Positions 32,023 to 42,921 of a DNA stretch of 64,000 nt are shown piece by piece (positions within the stretch are counted from its first letter, which is position 1; every line of letters starts with the position of its first letter). The notes below the pieces were generated by a model, which was given only the letters and a program-made list of their open reading frames with translations, did not search any database and was not told the DNA's origin. The position numbers were made by a program, and so were the translations under genes. The stretch spans positions 256,001 to 320,000 of the forward strand of contig CBFIAK010000001.1 of assembly GCA_965660445.1 (NCBI GenBank), read 5' to 3'. The stretch comes from Patescibacteria group bacterium. Lineage in GTDB: Bacteria > Patescibacteriota > Gracilibacteria > UBA4473.

Positions 32023-32871
32023 TTATTTAAACCATGATTGAACCGTTGTTTTTATGCGATATGAGAATGAGTTTTGTATCTGCATAATATTTGTTTTATA
32101 TTGCTGAGCCATCTTTGCAAAGGGAGCATCAGTTATTGTGAGTGAGTTGAGTATATATAATGCCTCATCGTACTTTTTTTGATAAAATAATCCCTGTGCT
32201 TTTAAGAATAAAAGACCTTCATAATAGGGGAACCTTTGGAGTCCTTCGTTTACTATTGCTAACCCACCTTCAATATCAGATTGGTATTTTAAGAGATAGG
32301 AAGCGTAATGATAAAAATCAGACTCGCTTCCGTATTCCATAATAGACCGAGAATGATCTTTATTGACCTGATCAGCTTTGTCTTTGTATTCTTGCGTGAG
32401 AGTTATATCATTTTTTAGAAGAGAACGTCCTGCCATATGTCCATATAAACGCATCAAGAATAAAACGTCTTTTGTGTCATTGGGTGGTGTTTGAAGCATT
32501 TCTTCATAGACTTCAATAGAAGTGAGAATCTCTTGATCATGCAGAGTCTCGATATCTTTTTTTTGGATTGATTTTAAAAGATCATCGTTATCCGAAAAAA
32601 TATTTAAAACATCTTCATCATCTTTTTCAGATATATCGTTTGGATGAAATTCAATATGAGTGTTTGTATTATAAGACGAGTCTTCCCAATTGTTTTTGAA
32701 GTCTTGGTGTTCTTTCTCAAGCGTTAATAAATCTGTCATTGCTTGAGTTGATTCAATCGTTTTGAGTAATGAAGAAAGTCGATCGTATCCTGCATCAAAA
32801 TAATGAACCCCGTTTTCAGAATTCATTAAATCATCCTTTATAGATTGTAATCTTTGTTCAAATGTATTCAT
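32023..32871 (-). CDS. Tetratricopeptide-repeat-like protein
   Basis: C-terminal GLQRFP...LLFLKAQGLFYQKKYDEAL..L helical repeat. Confidence 0.65.
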   Translation of the reverse strand: MNTFEQRLQSIKDDLMNSENGVHYFDAGYDRLSSLLKTIESTQAMTDLLTLEKEHQDFKNNWEDSSYNTNTHIEFHPNDISEKDDEDVLNIFSDNDDLLKSIQKKDIETLHDQEILTSIEVYEEMLQTPPNDTKDVLFLMRLYGHMAGRSLLKNDITLTQEYKDKADQVNKDHSRSIMEYGSESDFYHYASYLLKYQSDIEGGLAIVNEGLQRFPYYEGLLFLKAQGLFYQKKYDEALYILNSLTITDAPFAKMAQQYKTNIMQIQNSFSYRIKTTVQSWFK

Positions 32872-32875
32872 TTAT

Positions 32876-34369
32876 TTATGCGTTCAGTTTCTTACGTCCT
32901 AAAAAGAAAAAGAGCCATGAACAAAACAAAATAAGGACAATTGATCCAAATCCAAGGAAGATTATGTATTCTTTTGGGTATCCACCATACCATTCTTGAG
33001 TTTCTTTGTAGAGCGTTGCTATAAAGAGTAAAGAAAGAATAATCGGAGTGAGTTTCATAAGAGAATCAAATAGAGCTGGAATTTTAAATGATCGAGCGTG
33101 ATCATTGATCCAATGCCGAACAGTGCTCGCTCCAACTTTATAAGCAATAACGTATGATTCTAAGATACCGACCAAAAGAAGCATGAATCCACTAATAAAA
33201 TGATCAACAATATCTAAGTAATATAACCCAGCTCCGAACAAATAAGGGAGAGAAAGAAGCATTGCAACACCAACCACCCGAAGGAGTAAAGAAAAATATG
33301 TTTTTTCTTCGCCACCAAATAAATCATTAAATGAGCCTGTAATAGCTTCTAGTAACCCAAAAATAGAATCAATTGCTAAGAAAAAGAAAATAATAAATAA
33401 CAGTAATGCAAAAAATAAAACACCCGTTGGCATCAATGATATAGCTGTTGGGAGTACTGAAAAAATAAGCATTGGTCCTCCTTGTGAAACTTCAGAAACA
33501 CCAACTCCTTGAGATTGTGCCATAAATCCAAGTGTTGAAAACACAGCTAGTCCCGATAGGAGTGATACCAAAAAATTTCCACCTAAAATCCATAAAGAGC
33601 TTAGAGGTAATTCTTCATCTTTTTTTCGGTGACTCGCTGCTAAAATAAAGTATGCCATTGCCACAGATGCCGAAAAGAAACTCTGAGAAATCGCTGCTTG
33701 CCATAACTGGATATTGAATAAGCTTCCCCAATCAGGAATTAAAAACAATGCCAGTCCATCAGCCGCCCCCGGAAGAGTTACACCTCGAATCATCATAATG
33801 AAAAGAAGAATAAATGGCGCAATAGCGGTTACTTTTACGACCGAAGACAGTGTTTGTACGTTTTTTCGTAACGCGAAAAGGACAAGAGCATATCCAATAA
33901 GAACTGCAAACAAAATAGGAAACTGAAATGTTCCCATATCGGTAATGTTATCGGTGAGTTGAATAATGTTTTCTGTAAAATATCCAGATGGGTTTGCTAA
34001 AAATTCTGGATTAAAGATATGAGCCATATATGTTAATCCCCATGCCATAATAGGGGTGTAATAGGTCAAAATACCAAAAATAGAAAATACAGCAATCCAT
34101 TGAATCCAAGAGGTGTTCTTTGAAAATTTTTCAAACGATTGAGGTGCTGCAAGTCTGAATTTCTGACCAATAACACTTTCACTTAAAAGCAGTGGATATA
34201 CAATAAAAAGGTTTGAAATAAGAAGCGCTATAATAAACGCAGCCCCTCCATTTTCATAGGCGAGCATCGGAAACCTCCAGAGATTACCAAGCCCAGCAGC
34301 ACAACCTATAGCGGCTAAAATATAACTAAAATTACTATTCCATGTAGACCGATTTTGAAAAAGAGACAT
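32876..34369 (-). CDS. Sodium-dependent transporter, NSS/SNF family
   Basis: RSTW, GCAAGLGNLWRFP.LAYENGG, WQAAISQSFFS, GPMLIF.VLP. Confidence 0.93.
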   Translation of the reverse strand: MSLFQNRSTWNSNFSYILAAIGCAAGLGNLWRFPMLAYENGGAAFIIALLISNLFIVYPLLLSESVIGQKFRLAAPQSFEKFSKNTSWIQWIAVFSIFGILTYYTPIMAWGLTYMAHIFNPEFLANPSGYFTENIIQLTDNITDMGTFQFPILFAVLIGYALVLFALRKNVQTLSSVVKVTAIAPFILLFIMMIRGVTLPGAADGLALFLIPDWGSLFNIQLWQAAISQSFFSASVAMAYFILAASHRKKDEELPLSSLWILGGNFLVSLLSGLAVFSTLGFMAQSQGVGVSEVSQGGPMLIFSVLPTAISLMPTGVLFFALLLFIIFFFLAIDSIFGLLEAITGSFNDLFGGEEKTYFSLLLRVVGVAMLLSLPYLFGAGLYYLDIVDHFISGFMLLLVGILESYVIAYKVGASTVRHWINDHARSFKIPALFDSLMKLTPIILSLLFIATLYKETQEWYGGYPKEYIIFLGFGSIVLILFCSWLFFFLGRKKLNA

Positions 34370-34432
34370 GTCAAAAACCGTTAAGAAGTAACGTGAATGT
34401 AACAGAAAAAAACTTTTTGCGCCAGTGTTTTT

Positions 34433-35602
34433 TTATTCAAATAAATAAAGATAGTGTTCGTATCCTTCTTCTTTCATTGTCTCGAGTGGTACGAATCGTA
34501 ATGATGCAGAATTAACACAAAACCGATTTCCCCCATGTTCCTCTGGTCCATCAGAGAAAACGTGTCCTAAATGAGCGTCAGAAGCACTCGAACGTATTTC
34601 TGTTCGTGGAATAGGAAGTTTTTCATCAGGAAGGGTTTCAACTGATTCAGGTCGAATTGTTTTATAAAAACTTGGCCAACCTGTTCCTGAATCATACTTG
34701 TGTGTCGACGAAAAAAGAGGATCCCCACTTACTTTATCAACATAAATACCGTCAGCTGTATGGTTCCAGTATTCATTATCAAAAGGTTTTTCAGTGCCTC
34801 CTTCTATAATCACATGATAAGAAAGCGGATCGAGTGATTCAATGACTTCTGCTGAAGGTTTTTGATAGGCAGGCGTAAAGAGAGCATCGTAGGCTTCTTC
34901 TTTTCGTTGTATGTATTTGTTTCTTCCAGATGCGTTTGCGTATTGTTTATACCGTTGTGATTGTTTGAGATAAAAATTTTGATGGTATTCTTCTGCCAAA
35001 AAAAATGTTGTAAATGGCAAAACCTGCGTAAAAATAGGACCATCAAAAATATCAGATTCCTGAAGTTTTTTCATATACATTTCAGCAATGTGTTCTTGAT
35101 CGTCTGTATGATAAAAAACAGCTGTTGTGTAATGAAACCCTTTGTCAGCAAACTGTCCTTCGCTATCAGTGGGGTCAATAACACGAAAAAATGTTTCAAG
35201 AAGTGTCTCATACGAAACTTTTGCAGGATTATACCATACTTGAACAGATTCTCGATGGCCTGTTTCTCCTTGTGTCACTTGGTCGTAGGTCGGATTTTCT
35301 TCATTTCCACCAGCATATCCACTCAAGGCTTCTTCAACACCATCCAGTGATTCAAAAGGACCTTCTAAACACCAAAAACATCCACCAGCAAATGTGGCCT
35401 TTTCAAGATTGGATTGTTGTCTCAAAGACTCAATGCGGTCGGAAGCATCAATAAATAAACGATTAGGCAAAGAGGATTCATCCATGTCATATGAAGATAA
35501 AGAGTGTAAAACACCAGACTGAGCAAGATTAAGCCATAGAAGACCAGAAAGAAAAATAATGCTTACTGTGCTTATTAAATAGAGGTGTTTTTTTTTATTC
35601 AT
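34433..35602 (-). CDS. msrAB: Peptide methionine sulfoxide reductase MsrA/MsrB fusion with N-terminal anchor
   Basis: FAGGCFWC, AEEYHQ (MsrA); GTEKPF, SGTGWPSF, HLGHVF.DGP, RFCVNS (MsrB). Confidence 0.95.
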   Translation of the reverse strand: MNKKKHLYLISTVSIIFLSGLLWLNLAQSGVLHSLSSYDMDESSLPNRLFIDASDRIESLRQQSNLEKATFAGGCFWCLEGPFESLDGVEEALSGYAGGNEENPTYDQVTQGETGHRESVQVWYNPAKVSYETLLETFFRVIDPTDSEGQFADKGFHYTTAVFYHTDDQEHIAEMYMKKLQESDIFDGPIFTQVLPFTTFFLAEEYHQNFYLKQSQRYKQYANASGRNKYIQRKEEAYDALFTPAYQKPSAEVIESLDPLSYHVIIEGGTEKPFDNEYWNHTADGIYVDKVSGDPLFSSTHKYDSGTGWPSFYKTIRPESVETLPDEKLPIPRTEIRSSASDAHLGHVFSDGPEEHGGNRFCVNSASLRFVPLETMKEEGYEHYLYLFE

Positions 35603-36038
35603 TGTGGAGTTTTATGCTTCGGTGTTGAATATCAATCGTTTGGTGTATGCAATTAATACGGAAAATCGAAAACCCAGTCTTTGTGGGTGTTACCATTTGA
35701 ATATCACTATTGGGATTGAGTGTTTGAGTTTCAATTCGTTGAAGGTATTGTTCATAAATATGAGTAAATAAATCAAACGGAATAAGTTTTGTGTCTTTGT
35801 TTTCTTGAGTAAGCGTGTTGTATAAATCTTCTGCAGATACAACAAAGGTGAGTGATTCTTGTGTAGACGACGGTAGAAATTGTATGTTCCATTCAGGATA
35901 ATCAAGAGAATCAATATGTACTTTGAGGGTGTCCAGGTTTTCTCGAGCGGTTTTTTGGCTCGTTGTATCAGTCGTTTCGAATCGAGTTTCTCGTGTTTCT
36001 GATGGTTTATTTTGGTATATAAAACGAATAGAATCCAT
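35595..36038 (-). CDS. Hypothetical protein
   Basis: 147 aa ORF overlapping the msrAB start. Confidence 0.6.
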   Translation of the reverse strand: MDSIRFIYQNKPSETRETRFETTDTTSQKTARENLDTLKVHIDSLDYPEWNIQFLPSSTQESLTFVVSAEDLYNTLTQENKDTKLIPFDLFTHIYEQYLQRIETQTLNPNSDIQMVTPTKTGFSIFRINCIHQTIDIQHRSIKLHNE

Positions 36039-36148
36039 ATGGTGGAAAAAAAATCGGTTCTATTATACACAAAAAAAAGAAAGAAATCGAGGCGTTTTGA
36101 CTTTTTTGCAAAAAGAGACAGAATACGTCTGACGTATCTTTTTTGATT

Positions 36149-37936
36149 ATGAGTTTACTTGCAACGGGAATAAGAACACATACTTGTGGTGATATTCAGA
36201 AAGAATCAATCGGTTCGGCAGTTGTGTTGAGTGGATGGGTGTCTCAACGTCGTGATTTGGGGAATCTGATTTTTTTAGTGATTCGTGATCAGTATGGGAC
36301 GGTGCAAGTAGTATGTGATCCAGAAAAAACAAAAGATGTACATGCTGTTGCTGAAAAACTTCGATCAGAATGGGTTGTGCGTATCACAGGGACCGTTCAA
36401 GAAAAAGAAGATAAAACCGGAAAAGAAATACGCCCACAGTCACTTGAAGTATTAAACCAGTCGCTCACTCCTCCGTTTGAACTCAAAAATGAAGTGGATG
36501 TGAAAAATGAAGATTTGCGACTCGAATATCGGTATCTTGATTTGCGACGAGAACGTATGCAACGAAATCTATCAATGCGTCATCATCTGGTGCATTGGAT
36601 TCGGAACTATTTTTATGAACATCGGTTTACCGATATTGAAACTCCTATTTTAGTGAAAGGAACACCAGAAGGGTCGCGAGAATATATTGTGCCCAGTCGA
36701 CTTCATCCTGAAAAATTTTATGTGTTGCCACAATCTCCACAACAATTAAAACAGTTACTGATGGTGGGGGGGGTGGATCGGTATTTCCAAATAGCACGAT
36801 GTTTTCGAGATGAAGACTTGCGAGGTGATCGGCAACCTGAGTTTACTCAGTTTGAGATTGAAATGAGTTTTTGTACACAGGAAGATATATTAAACGTTAT
36901 AGAAGGATGTTTTCAAGGACTAATGGAGTTTATAAACACAAAAAAAGACGAACTTAGATGGAATATTCAACCGAAAAATTATACTCAATTTTTAGAAAAT
37001 GGACGGTTTCGACGTATCACTTGGAAAGATGCTATGACTCGGTTTGGGTCTGATAAACCTGATATGCGGTTCGGACTTGAATTGCAAGATGTTTCATCTA
37101 TTGCACACCTGTCTGGGTTTGGAGTATTCGAAAACGCTGAATATGTATCAGCGCTCTCTGTTCCAAAAGATGTACAAACGTTTTCGCGAAAAGATATTGA
37201 TACACTGACTCAACTGGCCCAACACAATGGAGCAAAAGGATTGGCGTGGTATCGATTTGGAGAAGAATCAGGAGCTATTGCGAAAAATACAACACATGAG
37301 TTTCAAAATAGACTTCAACAACAATTACAAGCTCATGATGGGGATATGGTATTCTTTGGAGCTGGAGGGTTTATTGAAGCTTGTGAACCACTCGGATCAG
37401 TGCGATTGCATATTGCTCAACAATCAAATCTTATAAATGCGACTGATTATGCGTTTGTGTGGGTGCTCGATTTTCCATTATTTGAAACCAAAAAAGATGG
37501 TAGTTTTGGATCGGCGCATCATCCATTTACTCGTCCCCACACAGAAGATATCGAAAAATTAAAAACAGACCCTTTATCAGTGTTGTCTCATGCGTATGAT
37601 ATTGTGCTGAATGGCGTTGAGTTAGGAGGTGGGTCATTGCGTATTCACCAACAGTCATTACAACATTTAATTTTTGAGGTCTTGGGTATGGATGAGGCAG
37701 AGATACAAATGAAGTTCGGACACATGATGAAAGCGTTTCAGTATGGATGTCCGCCTCATGGAGGTTGTGCGATGGGGTTAGATCGAGTGATTATGATGAT
37801 GAGCGAAGAACCAAATATTCGAGAGGTTATTGCGTTTCCTAAAAATCAGTCTGCGCAAGACCTTATGCTGGGGTCTCCATCAGCGATGCCATTGGCAGAA
37901 TTACACGAACAAAATATCGATATATTACAGCGGTGA
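36149..37936 (+). CDS. aspS: Aspartyl-tRNA synthetase
   Basis: RTHTCG, RRDLG, YRYLDLRR, LPQSPQ..KQLLM, CFRDEDLRGDRQPEFTQ, HHPFT, GLDR, AFPK. Confidence 0.98.
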   Translation: MSLLATGIRTHTCGDIQKESIGSAVVLSGWVSQRRDLGNLIFLVIRDQYGTVQVVCDPEKTKDVHAVAEKLRSEWVVRITGTVQEKEDKTGKEIRPQSLEVLNQSLTPPFELKNEVDVKNEDLRLEYRYLDLRRERMQRNLSMRHHLVHWIRNYFYEHRFTDIETPILVKGTPEGSREYIVPSRLHPEKFYVLPQSPQQLKQLLMVGGVDRYFQIARCFRDEDLRGDRQPEFTQFEIEMSFCTQEDILNVIEGCFQGLMEFINTKKDELRWNIQPKNYTQFLENGRFRRITWKDAMTRFGSDKPDMRFGLELQDVSSIAHLSGFGVFENAEYVSALSVPKDVQTFSRKDIDTLTQLAQHNGAKGLAWYRFGEESGAIAKNTTHEFQNRLQQQLQAHDGDMVFFGAGGFIEACEPLGSVRLHIAQQSNLINATDYAFVWVLDFPLFETKKDGSFGSAHHPFTRPHTEDIEKLKTDPLSVLSHAYDIVLNGVELGGGSLRIHQQSLQHLIFEVLGMDEAEIQMKFGHMMKAFQYGCPPHGGCAMGLDRVIMMMSEEPNIREVIAFPKNQSAQDLMLGSPSAMPLAELHEQNIDILQR

Positions 37937-38608
37937 TTGGCGAGGAATTCCGTTTGCTCGAGGATACGTGTGAGGTGTTGATTTTGTTTTTTTGATACAT
38001 ATACAGACCCGAATGTCTCCCGATGAGAGGGTGGTGTGGTATGTGTGTTGGAGTTGTCCCCCTAGTTTGGCTATTGTTGATAAGGATGTATGCAGTTCTG
38101 ATTCAATAGCAGGACCTTGATAAGCAACAAATGTTCCACCAATACGCACAAAAGGAAGTGCGTACTCTAACAGTACTCGCCAAGGAGCTAATGCACGAGC
38201 AGTAACAATATCAAATTGTTGACGAAACTCTTTTTTATGAGCGTAGTCTTCAATGCGTCCATGATGAGTTGTAATCGGTAAATGGAGTCGGTGAGTCATG
38301 TCTTGCACAGCTTTCATTTTTTTTTGGACACTATCGAGGGCATGAAACGTTGAAGAAGGAGCAAAAATAGCAAGCGGTAACACGGGAAACCCTCCACCAG
38401 AACCAAGATCTAAAATGCGTGCGTTTTGGAATGATATGTATTGTGTGGGAAGAAGAGAATCTTCGAAGTGTTTTTCGTATACGGCACTGCGATCAGAAAA
38501 GGAAGAAAGGTTTATTTTTTGGTTCCATTCGCAAAAAAGTTCAAAAAGGGATTCAAGTTGTTTGTGTTGATCTGCGCTGAGTGTCTGCAGTATGTTTTCG
38601 ATTTGCAT
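37925..38608 (-). CDS. rsmG: 16S rRNA m7G527 methyltransferase
   Basis: WNQKINL, KHFEDSL, DLGSGGGFP, ARALA, TPHTYPR..G.P. Confidence 0.95.
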   Translation of the reverse strand: MQIENILQTLSADQHKQLESLFELFCEWNQKINLSSFSDRSAVYEKHFEDSLLPTQYISFQNARILDLGSGGGFPVLPLAIFAPSSTFHALDSVQKKMKAVQDMTHRLHLPITTHHGRIEDYAHKKEFRQQFDIVTARALAPWRVLLEYALPFVRIGGTFVAYQGPAIESELHTSLSTIAKLGGQLQHTYHTTLSSGDIRVCICIKKTKSTPHTYPRANGIPRQSPL

Positions 38609-38684
38609 GAAAGTATGATAAAAGAGGTTTTTAAAAAAACAAAAGGTATTGTTTTGTTTTTTTTTAAAACGTATACTACAGCTA

Positions 38685-39650
38685 ATGCATATACAAGAAT
38701 CAAATATCGTGTTTTTGGAGGTAGAAGATCAAGACAGAGAGGTAGTCAAAACCCGTTTTCCAAACGCTCAAATTGATAATGGTGTTCGGGAACCCGAAGA
38801 AATTATTCGTCGATACGCAGATGCGGAAATATTGTGTCCGTTTATTTACTCGCCAATAACAGCAGATGTGATATATGGGATGCCAAACTTAAAAGGAATT
38901 GTAACTCGATCGGTCGGGTATAATCATATTGATTTAAAAGCCGCACAAGAAAGAGGGGTTTCCGTATGTAATGTGCCTGATTATGGGTCTCATGCCATAG
39001 CAGAACATGTTTTTGCGTTACTGTTGTCTTCTGTTCGATTTGTACAAGAAGGTGACGAAAGGGTTGAACTTGGATATTTTGATTTTCGGGGACTGCGAGG
39101 GCTTGCTTTGAAAGGAAAAACACTGGGTATCGTTGGACTTGGGAAGATTGGAGTGAATGTTGCACGTATTGCCTCAAAAGGCTTTCTGATGAATGTTTTG
39201 GCGTGTGATATACACGAAGACGCAGAAAAAGCTCAAGAATATGGGTTTTTGTATACCGATCAAGAAACACTGTTTCGAGAATCAGATATTATCTCCCTTC
39301 ATGCACCACTATTAGATTCAACGTATCATATGATCAATACAGAATCTATTGCGTCTATGAAAGATGGAGTAGTTCTTATTAATACCGCTCGAGGAGGTCT
39401 TATTGATACACAAGCATTATTAGAATCATTACGGTCTCGCAAAATTGCTTATGCCGCTTTGGATGTATTAGAACATGAAAAAAATATTGAGCGTCATCAT
39501 GAGTTATTACATATGAAAAATGTTGTTGTTACGCCTCATATTGCTTTTTATGCAGATGACACAATGGCAACAATGTATAGCGAAGCCTTTTTATCTATCG
39601 AATCAATTATGCGTGGTGATGGGTGTTTACATCGTGTGCAAGGTATTTAA
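38685..39650 (+). CDS. D-isomer-specific 2-hydroxyacid (D-lactate-like) dehydrogenase
   Basis: TRSVGYNHID, NVPDYG, GIVGLGKIG, SLHAPL, INTARG, LDVLE.E, TPHIAF. Confidence 0.92.
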   Translation: MHIQESNIVFLEVEDQDREVVKTRFPNAQIDNGVREPEEIIRRYADAEILCPFIYSPITADVIYGMPNLKGIVTRSVGYNHIDLKAAQERGVSVCNVPDYGSHAIAEHVFALLLSSVRFVQEGDERVELGYFDFRGLRGLALKGKTLGIVGLGKIGVNVARIASKGFLMNVLACDIHEDAEKAQEYGFLYTDQETLFRESDIISLHAPLLDSTYHMINTESIASMKDGVVLINTARGGLIDTQALLESLRSRKIAYAALDVLEHEKNIERHHELLHMKNVVVTPHIAFYADDTMATMYSEAFLSIESIMRGDGCLHRVQGI

Positions 39651-39716
39651 AGGGGTGCTTGCAATTTTGAAATCAAGTTTTTATAATTGAGTTATATTTT
39701 TTAACTTTTTATTTAC

Positions 39717-40145
39717 ATGTTTAGTGCAGATAACGGTTCTCGTAATGCCGAGGGTCTTTTGCGTACCGGTTTGGCATTGTTTCTTCTTCTTGCAGGGATT
39801 GGAAAACTAATGGGTGGTATTGGAACATTTGTAACGACTATGACAACAGGGATGTTTGCAGAATCTTTTCTTCCTATGGCACTCGTGACAGCGGTTGCTT
39901 ATATTGTTCCTGTTGCAGAAGTAGCACTTGGAGTGTGGCTTTTGAGTGGTTGGAAACGTGATTTAGGATTGTGGATTACAGGGCTTTTGTTTGTGATTTT
40001 TATTGTTGGACATTTATCAGTAGGAGATATGAATCTTCAAGGACTGTTCTTGTATCTTTTAATCACCGCTTATACAGCGACGCTTCCTGCAGAGGATGTT
40101 GTTGTGTACTCAAAATGTGTGGACTTCGAAAATAAGAAAGTATAA
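39717..40145 (+). CDS. DoxX family membrane protein
   Basis: LLR..LALFLL.AG.GK...P.AE..LG..LL.G pattern. Confidence 0.8.
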   Translation: MFSADNGSRNAEGLLRTGLALFLLLAGIGKLMGGIGTFVTTMTTGMFAESFLPMALVTAVAYIVPVAEVALGVWLLSGWKRDLGLWITGLLFVIFIVGHLSVGDMNLQGLFLYLLITAYTATLPAEDVVVYSKCVDFENKKV

Positions 40146-40154
40146 AAAAATGAA

Positions 40155-40191
40155 TCTTAAAAACCCTTTTCTAAAAAAAGGGTTTTTAAGA
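40155..40191 (+). terminator. Probable intrinsic terminator after doxX
   Basis: TCTTAAAAACCCTTTT...AAAAGGGTTTTTAAGA inverted repeat. Confidence 0.65.
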
Positions 40192-40292
40192 AAAGTGTAA
40201 AAAAAGCATAAGATGAGCTCCATATCGAGTAAAGATTCTTGCAAATTGTACTCACCCATTTCATACTAGAGAGTGAATATTCACTATTTCTT

Positions 40293-42011
40293 ATGCAAAG
40301 AGCACGTTTAAAAATACTCGGACAAAGTGGATCAGGGCTTTTAACAGTTGGAGACCTATTTTCTCAAGCATTACGATCGCTTGGGTTTCAGTTATGTTCC
40401 GATCGAGAATATGCTTCTATTATTAAAGGTGGATATGGGTGTTATACAATCAATTTTGGAGAAACCACTATTCGGTCGTTGTCACAAAATGCGGATATTA
40501 TGGTTGCGATTGATAAACCGAGTTTAGAAGAGTATTACCACCAACTCGTTCCAAAAGGAAAACTTATTCATGCGTTTGAGTTGTTTGCCAGTATGAAAGA
40601 TATTATCGAGTATAATGATCATAACAATATCGAGTCTTTTTTTATTCCGTGTCATTCCATTGCGAAAGAGAATAATGGAACCAAAATTATGACCAATATC
40701 ATTCTTTTGGGAACATTAGCCAAAATATTTGGTATGAAGTATGAAACTATTGAGGCTATTGTGAGAAAAAAGTTCGAGAAAAAAGTAAATATAGTCGATA
40801 TTGTAATGGGGTGTTTACATGCTGGATATGAAGCTGGTGAAATAGGGTTTCATGTTGAGACTCCCAAACAAAAAAATGATATGAGGTTGCTGAACGGAAA
40901 TCATGCTTTAGCACTCGGGGCTTTACATGGGGGTGTTCAGTTTTATGCTGGGTATCCGATGAGTCCATCAAGCTCGATTTTAGGATACATGGCTCAGTTT
41001 GGACCAAAAGCTGATATTGTTGTTCGGCAAGTAGAAGACGAAATTACAGCAGCACAAATGGCATTAGGAGCATGTGCTGCGGGTACGCGGTCGTTAACAG
41101 CAACATCAGGTGGGGGGTTTGATTTAATGACAGAAACACTCTCTTTGGCTGGGATTTTAGAAGTCCCTTTTGTCAGTATTATTGCGCAGCGTCCCGGGCC
41201 AGCTACAGGGCTTCCTACATGGACCGCTCAAGGTGATTTAGATTTGGCTATTCATGCTGGACATGGGGAGTTTCCTCGTATTGTTATTGGGGTTTCGAAT
41301 CCGATTGATTCGTTTCGGTTAATGCAAGAGGCGCTTAATAATGCAGAAAAATATCAAGTGCCGGTTATTGTGTTAATTGAAAAAGTAGTATGTGAATCGA
41401 AGATGACGATTCCACCATTAGAACAAAATACCATTCCTATTGAGCGTTGGTTGGTAGAAGAAAAAGAATTTGAAAAAATACAGTCTTCGGATCGATACAA
41501 AATTACAGAATCAGGTGTTTCTGTGCGATGGAACCCTGGAGATTGTGAAGCGTATTATTTTGCAAACGGTGATGAACACTGGGAAATGGGAGAACTTGAA
41601 GAAGGTGAACGAGCGGGGGAGATGTATGAAAAACGAATGAGAAAACTCGAAACGATTAAAAAAGATTTACCCGCACCAAAAGTGTACGGACCAGAAACAG
41701 CGGATATTTCATTTATTGGTTGGGGAAGTTCTTTGAGTATTATGAGCGATATTATTGCTCTTTATGAATCGAGTGATGTGCGCGTAAATTACCTCCATTA
41801 TGAGTATGTATGGCCGTTGAATCGTGAATCGGCACATGATTTTTTTGAAAAAAATAAGAACGTTCATTTGATTGAGAATAATTACACAGGGCAGTTTGGA
41901 AACAAGTTAGAGTTTCATACGGAAAGTCGGTTTCAAGGACGTCTTTTGAAATGGAACGGACGACCGTTTTTCATTGAAGATGTTCAAGCTTATATTCAAA
42001 CCCATATTTAA
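40293..42011 (+). CDS. 2-oxoacid:ferredoxin oxidoreductase alpha (gamma-alpha fusion) subunit
   Basis: GQSGSG, EYASIIKGG, YAGYPMSPSS, QVEDEI, TATSGGGF.LM.E, QRPGPATGLPT, IGWGS. Confidence 0.93.
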   Translation: MQRARLKILGQSGSGLLTVGDLFSQALRSLGFQLCSDREYASIIKGGYGCYTINFGETTIRSLSQNADIMVAIDKPSLEEYYHQLVPKGKLIHAFELFASMKDIIEYNDHNNIESFFIPCHSIAKENNGTKIMTNIILLGTLAKIFGMKYETIEAIVRKKFEKKVNIVDIVMGCLHAGYEAGEIGFHVETPKQKNDMRLLNGNHALALGALHGGVQFYAGYPMSPSSSILGYMAQFGPKADIVVRQVEDEITAAQMALGACAAGTRSLTATSGGGFDLMTETLSLAGILEVPFVSIIAQRPGPATGLPTWTAQGDLDLAIHAGHGEFPRIVIGVSNPIDSFRLMQEALNNAEKYQVPVIVLIEKVVCESKMTIPPLEQNTIPIERWLVEEKEFEKIQSSDRYKITESGVSVRWNPGDCEAYYFANGDEHWEMGELEEGERAGEMYEKRMRKLETIKKDLPAPKVYGPETADISFIGWGSSLSIMSDIIALYESSDVRVNYLHYEYVWPLNRESAHDFFEKNKNVHLIENNYTGQFGNKLEFHTESRFQGRLLKWNGRPFFIEDVQAYIQTHI

Positions 42012-42020
42012 TTTTATTTT

Positions 42021-42866
42021 ATGAGAGATTTTGATCAGTTCGCGCAAGTACTTAATTGGTGTCCTGGATGCGGAGACTATGCTATACAAGTAGCTCTTAA
42101 AAAAGCACTTATTGAAGAAAACAGGAAACCAAAAGATACATTGCTCTGTTTTGACATTGGGTGTAATGGGAACGGGGCTGATAAGGTTGGCGCTTATACG
42201 ATACATGGATTACATGGACGCGTATTGCCGTTATCAGTAGGAGCAAAAATTGCGAACCCAAACCTGACCGTCGTTGCGAGTGCAGGCGATGGAGCTACGT
42301 TTTCAGAAGGAATTAATCATCTGATCCATGCGATTCGAAACGATTATCCAATTGTTTTTTTAGTACATGATAATCATAATTATGCATTAACAACCGGGCA
42401 GGCATCAGCAACAACAGAAAAAGGGTGTTCTATGAATGGGTCGCCTTATGGAGTAACAACCGATGCTTTACGTCCTTTGGATCTTGTGTTGTCACTGAAT
42501 CCATCGTTTATGGCACAAACGTTGTCTGCTGATATTCCTCATATGACGAAAACGATTCAAAAAGCATTGAATCATAAAGGGTTCGCGTTTGTAGAAATAC
42601 TGCAAACTTGTCCGACGTATAATAAAAAAGCAGATGACGCTTGGTACCGAGAGAATGTGTGGGACACAGAAGCAGATAGTTCTTATGACCGGTTTGATAT
42701 ATCGTATGCAAAAAAAGCACTTGAAAATGATCACAAGAAAAAACCAATAGGAGTTTTGTACCAAAACCAGAAAAAACAAGAATTTTTTGAAGCACTCGGG
42801 ATAAAAACTCCACGAAACCATACAAGGGGGATTCAACCAGTTGATATTTCTCCTTTCTACTCATAA
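42021..42866 (+). CDS. 2-oxoacid:ferredoxin oxidoreductase beta subunit
   Basis: WCPGCGD, IGC, HGR.LP, GDG...EG.NH, N..YALT.GQAS, QTCPTYN. Confidence 0.94.
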   Translation: MRDFDQFAQVLNWCPGCGDYAIQVALKKALIEENRKPKDTLLCFDIGCNGNGADKVGAYTIHGLHGRVLPLSVGAKIANPNLTVVASAGDGATFSEGINHLIHAIRNDYPIVFLVHDNHNYALTTGQASATTEKGCSMNGSPYGVTTDALRPLDLVLSLNPSFMAQTLSADIPHMTKTIQKALNHKGFAFVEILQTCPTYNKKADDAWYRENVWDTEADSSYDRFDISYAKKALENDHKKKPIGVLYQNQKKQEFFEALGIKTPRNHTRGIQPVDISPFYS

Positions 42867-42869
42867 AAC

Positions 42870-42900
42870 AAAAAAACACCTCAGAAAGAAGGTGTTTTTT
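42870..42900. terminator. Bidirectional intrinsic terminator
   Basis: AAAAAACACCT...AGGTGTTTTTT between convergent genes. Confidence 0.7.
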
Positions 42901-42921
42901 GAGCGTCATTGAGAGCATCTA

